NCBI GenBank assembly: GCA_016178135.1
Contig: JACOTW010000002.1
Span: 13,043 to 77,042, forward strand
Reading direction: 5' to 3'
Length of the DNA: 64,000 nucleotides
DNA from: Candidatus Saccharimonadota bacterium
GTDB lineage: Bacteria > Patescibacteriota > Saccharimonadia > Saccharimonadales > JACOTW01
Shown here: piece by piece, positions 56,855 through 64,000 of the stretch
Layout: each line of letters opens with the position of its first letter
Position numbering within the stretch: position 1 is the stretch's first letter
Position numbers and translations under genes: made by a program
The notes under the pieces: generated by a model
Told to the model about the DNA's origin: nothing
The model's database searches: none
The model's input: only the letters and a program-made list of their open reading frames with translations

Positions 56855-59038
56855 CTAGGACTTACGTGAATGAAATTTCTCATGTATAGCTTTTAAGTGT
56901 GGATCGGTAACATGAGTGTATATTTGGGTTGTAGATATATTACTATGACCAAGCATTGCCTGAACTGACCTCAAATCTGCACCGTTCATTAATAAATCTG
57001 TTGCAAATGAATTATGTGAGACGAAGCCATCTGCAATTAAATTTTCGGTTTCTTCTACTGTGAAGTCGTATACAGTTATATCTGTTTTGATTCTATCGGT
57101 CTTATGAACTTTGAGCCATTTTATCTGGTTATTACTACTCGCTAGTCTACGGAGTAGGTTCATTCTGGGGTCTAATATACCAGCACGTTTGAATCGCACA
57201 TAAAAACGCATTGCTGTTTCTTTGGTCGGGAGGACTTGGCCGCTTAAGTATCTAGAGTGGTCCTTTAGTGTTCTTTGATCTTTACGGCGAGTATACAGAC
57301 TTTTACCGGATTCTTTGACTAGTTTGTTTAGGTTAACTAGCATTTCAGTAATTGGTAGTTTTTCACCTACAAAATCCGGACTGATGTTTATCTTTTTGAG
57401 CGTAGGAATTTTGGTGACAAATTTTTGCTGATCTGGCTGGTATAGTATCTGAAGATTGTAGATTGTGAAGGGTTGTTTGACCGTATCTGCAGATTTATGG
57501 GGTAAACGAACCATACGGTTACGTGTATAGAAATGGGCATCAATTCCAAGTCTAAGTAATAACATCTGGATGTCTTTTATAAATTCTTTGTTGGCGCTGA
57601 AGAATTTGGCGTCGCCCTCGTTGCCGTCTGCGTCGTAGAGACCGGCCAAGAAATGGGCAACGGCACTTTCTGATGACCTGAATAATTTGTCTGGTACACG
57701 TAGGCCATGGGTTGTGGTTGCGAGCCCTAGTTTCTTTAGTAGTTTTACAAGAGGCATATGGTAGCAAGTGACATTAAAACTGTTGGAATTAGATGCTGGC
57801 TTGATTTCGACTTTTTTGTTGAATAATTTTTCTATTAAGTCAACGTAGAGGCTCAAGAAAACTTTGTTTTTGTCGTGTAGTATTACGCCGTGCCGACGTT
57901 CGCTGACAGTTCCGTCACCACATATGTAGCCAATAAGTCGCCACATGTCGTTCGACAAATACTGTTTGCTTTGTTGGGATATTTTCTTGACCCCCATAAC
58001 GTAATCACCAGATTTTAGGTCACTTGCTTGGATTTGAGCAAATCCGTCTTTGTCTAGAGTAAATAAACGGTGTTCTGGGGTACACACAAGCTCGTAACCA
58101 CCGGCAGTTAGCTGAATCATTTCTGTAGATTTGTGGGTGCTTGAATGACTAATGGCTTGCGATGTCTGTGTACCTTTATTGAGATGGAGCGACTTTACGC
58201 TGTGTTTGGTTGAATTATAAAGATATTCTGCACTTACTATTCTACGGGGAAGGCTGATTCTAGTATTTGGGTGTAGACAATGGCGGAGCGTGTGGGGGGA
58301 TACGTGTTTGGTGATGCCAGCAAGGACTGCGTAGCGGGCGACTAATCTTTGTACGCTGCGGGCGGTAAGGCGGTAATAATTGCCGCTGACAGTTGATTTT
58401 TTGCTGCCGCTGTATCTGATAAATAGGGGTAGGGAATTGTCTTGGCGTTTGTCCATATATTGTGTAATCCACCAAGCCGATGTATCGCTAATGAATATTG
58501 GGCGGTCTTTTTGGCCTTTGCCCCGAACCATAAACTCGCGTCGTTTGAGATTGATATGATCCTTGTCTAGCCCTACAAGCTCCGAGACGCGCAGTCCCGA
58601 AGAAAATAATAGTTCTAAAATAGCCCGATCTCTTAGTCCTGGTAAGTTATCAATATTTGGTTGAGAAAATAATCGTTCAAGTTCCTCGGGTGCTAAAAAG
58701 GTAACTTGTTTTCTGACAGTTCGAGCCAGTTCAATCTTGTCAGCAGAGATAGCTGGGATATTGCGTTTGGCGCAATACTTCAAGAAGCCTCTTAGCGCTA
58801 TGAGGTGATAATTCTGGGTATTTTTTTGTAATTCATCACTTGTATTTGTGCCCAGTCGATTCAGCCACAATCTCCATTTCCGTATCATTTCCGTATCAAT
58901 ACCAGATATTTTAATATCACCGGTGAAATCTATTAAGCGCGTTAGGTAGTGGTCATAGTTACGGATAGTTTTTTGTGATCTATTTTGTTCGATTTCTAGG
59001 TATTCCAGGAAATCAGTTTTGGCTTTAGAAAATAACAT
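56855..59038 (-). CDS. XerC/XerD-type tyrosine recombinase precursor containing an intein (spliced product ~304 aa)
   Basis: [60 protein letters not shown]. Confidence 0.93.
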   Translation of the reverse strand: MLFSKAKTDFLEYLEIEQNRSQKTIRNYDHYLTRLIDFTGDIKISGIDTEMIRKWRLWLNRLGTNTSDELQKNTQNYHLIALRGFLKYCAKRNIPAISADKIELARTVRKQVTFLAPEELERLFSQPNIDNLPGLRDRAILELLFSSGLRVSELVGLDKDHINLKRREFMVRGKGQKDRPIFISDTSAWWITQYMDKRQDNSLPLFIRYSGSKKSTVSGNYYRLTARSVQRLVARYAVLAGITKHVSPHTLRHCLHPNTRISLPRRIVSAEYLYNSTKHSVKSLHLNKGTQTSQAISHSSTHKSTEMIQLTAGGYELVCTPEHRLFTLDKDGFAQIQASDLKSGDYVMGVKKISQQSKQYLSNDMWRLIGYICGDGTVSERRHGVILHDKNKVFLSLYVDLIEKLFNKKVEIKPASNSNSFNVTCYHMPLVKLLKKLGLATTTHGLRVPDKLFRSSESAVAHFLAGLYDADGNEGDAKFFSANKEFIKDIQMLLLRLGIDAHFYTRNRMVRLPHKSADTVKQPFTIYNLQILYQPDQQKFVTKIPTLKKINISPDFVGEKLPITEMLVNLNKLVKESGKSLYTRRKDQRTLKDHSRYLSGQVLPTKETAMRFYVRFKRAGILDPRMNLLRRLASSNNQIKWLKVHKTDRIKTDITVYDFTVEETENLIADGFVSHNSFATDLLMNGADLRSVQAMLGHSNISTTQIYTHVTDPHLKAIHEKFHSRKS
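57011..58279 (-). mobile_element. intein with LAGLIDADG homing endonuclease (423 aa, residues 254-676)
   Basis: Begins CLHPNT; block [17 protein letters not shown] and [17 protein letters not shown]...FVSHN followed by Ser+1. Confidence 0.95.
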
Positions 59039-59124
59039 AACCTTATTGTACGATATATTTCCACTTGACCAGTATGTATGACCCTCCGGACCGTTCCATG
59101 CAACAGAGATAATAATCGTGTATA

Positions 59125-59234
59125 CTGGACCTGTCGCAAAATCGTCCGTTCCCAGGACGAATCAGCCCGAACGGAAACTGTTTGTAGTCGAGATTATTTA
59201 GTCCGGGATACAGGAGAGCTTTGCGTGAGTCCAG
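59125..59234. mobile_element. family A element, short form (110 bp), between xer and ndk
   Basis: TATA-CTGGACCTGTCGCAAAATCGTCCGTTCCCAG...CTTTGCGTGAGTCCAG-CATA. Confidence 0.85.
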
Positions 59235-59272
59235 CATAGATACATCAAAATTAACAATAAATAAGGACATCA

Positions 59273-59785
59273 ATGGAACGAACATTAATTATTCTAAAGC
59301 CTGATGCGGTAAAGCGCGGTATTGTCGGCGAAGTTTTAACTAGATTTGAACGTGTTGGTCTAAAAGTTGTGGGCTGTAAAATGCTCCAGCCGGACTACAA
59401 TCATTACCACCATCATTACGAAAAAATTGGCCAGATGATTACCAGGCGTGGCGAAGAAATATTTGAAGTAACTCTGGAAATGATGAAAGAAGGTCCGGTA
59501 ATAGCACTTGTTTTGGAAGGTATAGAGGCGGTTTCTTTGGTGCGTAAAATGGTGGGTGAGACTGAACCAAAATCAGCAGCTCCGGGTACGATCAGGGGTG
59601 ATTATTCTCATATTAGCTTTAATTATGCCGACAAGGAAAAAATTGCTATCCCAAATATTATTCATGCCTCTGGCGACCCTAAAGAAGCTAAACAGGAAAT
59701 AGGCCATTGGTTTAGTGACAGCGAGTTGTTTGAGTATAATACCACCCATGAGACTTACACTCAGGCTCACCCCCGCAAGCAATAG
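59273..59785 (+). CDS. ndk: nucleoside diphosphate kinase
   Basis: ERTLIILKPDAV, PGTIRGD, NIIHASG. Confidence 0.96.
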   Translation: MERTLIILKPDAVKRGIVGEVLTRFERVGLKVVGCKMLQPDYNHYHHHYEKIGQMITRRGEEIFEVTLEMMKEGPVIALVLEGIEAVSLVRKMVGETEPKSAAPGTIRGDYSHISFNYADKEKIAIPNIIHASGDPKEAKQEIGHWFSDSELFEYNTTHETYTQAHPRKQ

Positions 59786-59814
59786 AATAGAGCCAATGCC
59801 GGCTGGCTCACTAG

Positions 59815-59889
59815 GTCCCCGTAGTTCAATGGATAGAATAACTCCGTCCTAAGGAGCAGATCTGCGTTCGAGTCGCGGCGGGGATACCA
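59815..59889 (+). tRNA. tRNA-Arg(CCT)
   Basis: Acceptor GTCCCCG/CGGGGAT, anticodon loop GT-CCT-AA, GTTCGAGTC, encoded CCA. Confidence 0.9.
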
Positions 59890-59926
59890 AATATTAAGTG
59901 CAATTAGTGTAAAATAGTTAATCAGG

Positions 59927-60460
59927 ATGTCAGATAAATACTTTGAAGATCAGATGGATGATGAAGAGGTTATGTTTGTGTTCCGCAAACATCCTATTGT
60001 TATGCGTAAGGGGTTGGTATTTGGTATGCTTGGGATTTTGCTCGGCACGTTACCTGGCTACATAAAGCCAGAATATAGCTATTTTTTTGGAGGTCTCGCC
60101 GCAGGTTTTATTCTTGGAGTTGTGGTCTTCTTTCCATCTTGGATGGCTTGGTATTTCAGTGTCTTTATAGTTACAGATCAGCGTTTTATTCAGATCACCC
60201 AAAAAGGATTATTTCACAGAAGCGTTGTAGATATAGGACTGAATCAAATACAAATGGTTAATTATGAGATAGCCGGTATGCAGGAAACTATGCTGGGATT
60301 TGGTACAATAATGATGCAAACATATTTGGGGGATCTTGTTATTCACGATGTTCATCATCCGGCTAAAATCCAGAAAAAACTACTTGGTATTCTACGCCAA
60401 GAAGGCATAATTGCTACCGCTATACCAGCCCAACAAAATCAGGTATCCAATGAATCTTGA
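59927..60460 (+). CDS. membrane protein with bacterial PH domain
   Basis: FRKHP, two TMs, IVTDQRFIQITQKGLF, LGFGTI. Confidence 0.8.
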   Translation: MSDKYFEDQMDDEEVMFVFRKHPIVMRKGLVFGMLGILLGTLPGYIKPEYSYFFGGLAAGFILGVVVFFPSWMAWYFSVFIVTDQRFIQITQKGLFHRSVVDIGLNQIQMVNYEIAGMQETMLGFGTIMMQTYLGDLVIHDVHHPAKIQKKLLGILRQEGIIATAIPAQQNQVSNES

Positions 60461-60466
60461 ACTAAT

Positions 60467-60555
60467 CAGGAGTTTCGCACTTTGCCATTTCCCCAGCTCA
60501 TACCTGAATGGCTACAAACTCCCACTCCTCCATCAATATAACTACTTTGGGATGG
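60467..60555. repeat. family D element remnant
   Basis: GGAGTTTCGCACTTTGCCATTTCCCCAGCTCATACCTGAATGGCTACAAAC, similar to 53046 and 61650. Confidence 0.6.
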
Positions 60556-60580
60556 ATTTGACGAATATGGGCTTAAAAAC

Positions 60581-61645
60581 ATGAAGCATAAACTAAGCCA
60601 TATTGTTCGACGAAAAAAAGTACAGTCGGCAGTTAAGTCTGACGCGTCTCAGCAAGAGTTAGCACCACGTATTACTAATGAAACGATAGCTACTCATCGC
60701 GAAGAAGTTATAGGTAGCGCTAGAAAATATATATACAGAGGGCGTCATACAAAGCATCAAATTGTAGTTATATCTACAACATTATTCATCACTACTTTGG
60801 TTTTGTTATTTAGTTATTGTACTCTTGCGCTTTATAGATTTCAGTCGTCGTCTGCTTTTCTGTATCATGTTACTCAAGTTTTTCCATTTCCAATCGCTCG
60901 TGCTGGATCGAACTTCGTGGCCTATGAAAATTATTTATTTGAGCTTAGGCACTACACGCATTACTATGAGGTTCAGCAGAAACTAGACTTTAACAATGAA
61001 TCGGGCAAGCAACAGCTTGCCGAATTTAGGAAACGTGCCCTGGATAAGGTTATTAATGACGCTTATGTAAAACAACTTGCCTCAAAATATAAAGTAAGTG
61101 TTAGCAACAAAGAGATTAATTATCAGATTGATATTGTACGAGATCAGAATAGGTTAGGTAGTAGCGATAAGGTTTTTGAAGACGTTTTGAAAGATTATTG
61201 GGGGTGGTCTGTAGACGATTTCAAGAGGAGCCTACGCCAACAACTTCTAGCTCAAAAAGTTGTAGCCGTGCTGGATACTACTACTCGAACAAAAGCCGAA
61301 ACAGCTCTAAATGAATTAAAATCAGGGGTAGATTTTGTGGCAGTCGCCAAGAAGTATTCCGACGATGAAGCGACCAAAGCTAATGGTGGTGATTTGGGCT
61401 TTTTGATAGATAAGACTAACCACGATTTACCGGCACAGACCACCGGTGCGCTGTTTAAATTACAACCCGGACAGTATTCAGATATAGTCAATATTGGCTA
61501 TGCGCTTGTGATTGTTAAAAATAATGAGTTTAGTGGCGATAAGGTTCGAGGTTCGCATATTTTGTTCACTTTCAAGGATATTAACTCCTACATCAACGAT
61601 CTCAAAGACAAACAAAAAGCCCGTACCTACATATCGGTCAATTAA
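60581..61645 (+). CDS. SurA/PrsA-like parvulin peptidyl-prolyl isomerase
   Basis: TM anchor, SurA-N-like helices, DFVAVAKKYSDD..NGGDLG, LFKLQPGQYSD. Confidence 0.85.
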   Translation: MKHKLSHIVRRKKVQSAVKSDASQQELAPRITNETIATHREEVIGSARKYIYRGRHTKHQIVVISTTLFITTLVLLFSYCTLALYRFQSSSAFLYHVTQVFPFPIARAGSNFVAYENYLFELRHYTHYYEVQQKLDFNNESGKQQLAEFRKRALDKVINDAYVKQLASKYKVSVSNKEINYQIDIVRDQNRLGSSDKVFEDVLKDYWGWSVDDFKRSLRQQLLAQKVVAVLDTTTRTKAETALNELKSGVDFVAVAKKYSDDEATKANGGDLGFLIDKTNHDLPAQTTGALFKLQPGQYSDIVNIGYALVIVKNNEFSGDKVRGSHILFTFKDINSYINDLKDKQKARTYISVN

Positions 61646-61646
61646 T

Positions 61647-61700
61647 CACGCATTTCGCCCTTTGTCGTTGCCCCAGCTCACACCTGAACGACTACAAACT
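61647..61700. repeat. family D element remnant
   Basis: CATTTCGCCCTTTGTCGTTGCCCCAGCTCACACCTGAACGACTACAAACT. Confidence 0.6.
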
Positions 61701-61727
61701 TCTACTGGACCAGTAGTTCAGTATAAA

Positions 61728-61884
61728 CTCGACTTACGCAAAATCGTCCATTCTCAGACCAACTAACCTCGGCTGATAGCGGTCTGCCTTCTTTCGATGC
61801 AGCTAAGGCTACCTCTCCTTCAGTCAAACCACTATAAACTCGAGCTGATTTGCCCTGGGAACGGGCGATTTTGCATAAGTCCAG
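61728..61884. mobile_element. family A element (157 bp), intergenic
   Basis: CTCGACTTACGCAAAATCGTCC...GGCGATTTTGCATAAGTCCAG. Confidence 0.92.
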
Positions 61885-62026
61885 TGTAGACCCGGCGATT
61901 AACATTTTTGCCTTTGGCAAATCTGCATCGCCTATTCAAATCGCTGGAACCAACCAATGAAAACACCCCAGACCAGCTGGGGCATTTTCATTGGCGGGGC
62001 CATAACCTTTGGGGTGTGGAACTATT

Positions 62027-62440
62027 TTATTGAGTCGGAGGAAGTGTTTCAGGATTTTTAGCCTTTGCTGCCAGCTCTGCCGCTTCGTTGACCACAGCTC
62101 CCGCCAATCTTGTATATCCTGTTTCAAATCTCTGATCAAGAGGCAGTAAACCCGCGTTTCGTACAGCAGTTAGCCCAAGCTCATAGTGTTCTTTATATTT
62201 ATTAGGGTCGCCTGGTAAGAGGTTTCCATCTGCATCATATTCGTGAGGTAGGGTCTCGGTTACCTTAAATGCGGCGCGAACACCACGAAAGTCCATTGAA
62301 TCAGTGTCAAGCCCACTGGGAGCAATATGCCGGTTGTGGTGGGGCTTACGCCATCTACGCGCACCATCTTCAAAAAACCTTCGAGCATCGTTAGGGTTAA
62401 TCACGTCAGGCATTTTCTGTTCTGATTCTGGGGAACTCAT
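62027..62440 (-). CDS. hypothetical protein
   Basis: Likely start MSSPESEQ at 62440; hairpin at ~61952-61995 downstream. Confidence 0.55.
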   Translation of the reverse strand: MSSPESEQKMPDVINPNDARRFFEDGARRWRKPHHNRHIAPSGLDTDSMDFRGVRAAFKVTETLPHEYDADGNLLPGDPNKYKEHYELGLTAVRNAGLLPLDQRFETGYTRLAGAVVNEAAELAAKAKNPETLPPTQ

Positions 62441-62485
62441 ACAATCATTTTGACATAGATAGCATAGTTTGTCAATGCTCAGGGG

Positions 62486-62828
62486 GGTGGGCTCGACCGG
62501 TTTCGCCTTGATCGTAGCACAAAGTGCGCTGCTTAGTCGACTCCAACTTCCTTTGGTCGTTCTAAGGCAAGCTGTGGGGTACGCCACTGGCATATCCATT
62601 CGATTATACCAATAGAAAAAGTCCCAGACTTTGGCCTGGGACTCTTTCTATGGCGGGCTCGATCGGATTAGCGGACTTCGTCCTTTTCCGCTCAACCATG
62701 CTCTAAGCAAGCTTTTGTGCGTGGTTTCGCTCCACGACCCGGCGCCCTACGGGCTATGCCGGTTCAACTCGCAAGTCAAAGACTTGCCCAAAGTAAAAGC
62801 CCAGCCCCGAAGGACTGGACTCTTACTT
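62486..62828 (-). repeat. tRNA-Asp-linked tandem units each ending in a copy of the tRNA 3' end
   Basis: TGGCGGGCTCGA(C/T)CGGATT at 62829 (tRNA) and 62651; degenerate GGTGGGCTCGACCGGTTT at 62486. Confidence 0.7.
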
Positions 62829-62904
62829 TGGCGGGCTCGACCGGATTTGAACCGGCGATCTCCTCCGTGACAGGGAGGCGTGATAACCACTTCACTACGA
62901 GCCC
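62829..62904 (-). tRNA. tRNA-Asp(GTC)
   Basis: GGGCTCGTAGTGAAGTGGTTATCACGCCTCCCTGTCACGGAGGAGATCGCCGGTTCAAATCCGGTCGAGCCCGCCA. Confidence 0.95.
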
Positions 62905-63008
62905 ATAAGTAGCGTTAGTTATAACCAGATGATATTATCAAGAACAGAGGTAAAACGCAACATATATGTATGATTATCTGGTATAATTTGTCGGAATGAA
63001 CAGGTTTT

Positions 63009-63085
63009 GCCACCTTAGCTCAGTTGGCTAGAGCACCACTTTCGTAAAGTGGGGGTCCGGGGTTCGAATCCCCGAGGTGGCTCCA
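63009..63085 (+). tRNA. tRNA-Thr(CGT)
   Basis: GCCACCT/AGGTGGC acceptor, CCACT-TTCGTAA-AGTGG, GGTTCGAATCC, CCA. Confidence 0.95.
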
Positions 63086-63117
63086 TTTTTGGCGTGAAGC
63101 TATGCAGGGCAGGGCAG

Positions 63118-63192
63118 GCGGGTGTCGTATAACGGCTAATATGTAACCTTCCCAAGGTTGAGACGAGGGTTCGACTCCCTCCACCCGCACCA
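63118..63192 (+). tRNA. tRNA-Gly(CCC)
   Basis: GCGGGTG/CACCCGC acceptor, TAACC-TTCCCAA-GGTTG, GGTTCGACTCC, CCA. Confidence 0.95.
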
Positions 63193-63344
63193 TTGTGATC
63201 CCAGGATCCCAGGGGGTGCCCCTGGAATGAAATTTTGGTCATTTTGTTTTGCGGGGACTATATATGGCCACCTCCCTTTCAGAGAAAACTGTTTTCATTC
63301 TGAAGTAACCAAAAGCCTCCGGCAAAGTGCTAAATTCATGTATA

Positions 63345-63504
63345 CTGGACCTGTCGCAAAATCGCCCGTTCCCAGGCTAAATCAGCTCGAGTTGGGAGTG
63401 GTTTGGCTGAAGGAGAGGTAGCCGTAGCTACATCGAGAGAAGACAGACCGCTACCAGCCGAGATGAATTGGTCTGGGGATGGGGGAGCTTTGCGACAGGT
63501 CCAG
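63345..63504. mobile_element. family A element (160 bp, TSD TATA)
   Basis: TATA-CTGGACCTGTCGCAAA / TTTGCGACAGGTCCAG-TATA. Confidence 0.95.
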
Positions 63505-63522
63505 TATAATTGGAGTGATCTT

Positions 63523-63879
63523 ATGCCTATTGCTAAAAACTATTTTCACGATCGTCTAGTATTACTATTGCTTAGTGTCAATATATTCCTAACGCTTCTA
63601 GGTGCACTTTTGATTGTTCTTAGATTTAGTGGTAATAATAGTGAAAGCCACATTGTACAATATCGCTCCCACCTTGGACTTGATGCATTTACAAAGGGTG
63701 GATCTGCTCCAATTTTTAGTTTTATATTGTTTTCTGTCTTGATCATGGTATTTCATACTGTGCTTGGCATGCGGATTTATCATCTAAGACGGCAGTTTTC
63801 TGTTACCGTGCTTGGAACTGGCACGCTTTTGTTGATTATCGCAATCATAGTTAGTAATGCTCTCTTGGTATATCGTTAA
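63523..63879 (+). CDS. hypothetical three-TM membrane protein
   Basis: MPIAKNYFHDR start; three hydrophobic helices. Confidence 0.75.
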   Translation: MPIAKNYFHDRLVLLLLSVNIFLTLLGALLIVLRFSGNNSESHIVQYRSHLGLDAFTKGGSAPIFSFILFSVLIMVFHTVLGMRIYHLRRQFSVTVLGTGTLLLIIAIIVSNALLVYR

Positions 63880-63881
63880 TC

Positions 63882-64000
63882 ATGCCTAATCGATTGGACT
63901 TACGCAAAATCGTCCGTTCCCAGGCTAAATCAGCTCGAGTTGGGAGTGGTTTGGCTACATCGAGAGAAGACAGACCGCTACCAGCCGAGATTAGTTGGTC
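63882..64000 (+). CDS. 5' end of an ORF beginning with an in-frame family A element (63894 to window end)
   Basis: ATG CCT AAT CGA TTG GAC TTA CGC AAA = MPNRLDLRKIVRSQAKSARVGSGLATSREDRPLPAEISW; 21-nt in-frame internal deletion relative to the pilX copy. Confidence 0.6.
   Translation, partial: MPNRLDLRKIVRSQAKSARVGSGLATSREDRPLPAEISW

Noticed and set aside
56855..59038. Xer recombinase as an integron integrase or as mobiliser of the palindromes
   Set aside because: The spliced product looks like a standard XerC/D with no IntI-specific insertion; nothing in the sequence links it to the repeats, and they lack attC R-box ends.
62631..63421. Short ORFs overlapping the tRNA cluster
   Set aside because: They are translations of tRNA genes and repeats.
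63403..63522. Repeat-derived N-terminal extension of the membrane protein at 63523
   Set aside because: The TTG start lies inside a 160-bp copy; ATG 63523 with upstream GGAG is more plausible.

Overview
Bacterial chromosome segment in genetic code 11. Gene content and style suggest Patescibacteria/CPR, most likely Saccharibacteria-like; this is an inference, not a database result. Housekeeping genes: argS, orn, dnaG-rpoD, rpsO-pnp, rnj, ftsK, rpsF/rpsR/ssb/efp, tlyA, ychF, ndk, a PrsA/SurA-like foldase and 4 tRNAs. Other blocks: a carS-like lipid cluster; a ~12 kb accessory island (RadC, DUF3800 with a convergent small RNA, type I R-M with an embedded Shedu nuclease, M48 peptidase, stand-alone FtsK-gamma protein); a complete type IV pilus locus; and an XerC/D recombinase interrupted by a 423-aa LAGLIDADG intein. 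The most striking signal is a superfamily of dispersed palindromic miniature elements. Family A has 14 copies with a 158-bp core (CTGGACTTACGCAAA...TTTGCGTAAGTCCAG) and a 4-bp TNNA target duplication, giving 162 bp = 54 codons, open in the same phase on both strands. It sits in frame inside tlyA, pilD, two minor-pilin leader peptides and a gene at the window end, and it builds bridging ORFs between pilus genes. Several intergenic copies sit at -10-like hexamers. Related families B, C and D share terminal motifs. This resembles Rickettsia palindromic elements. No cognate transposase is present in the window.
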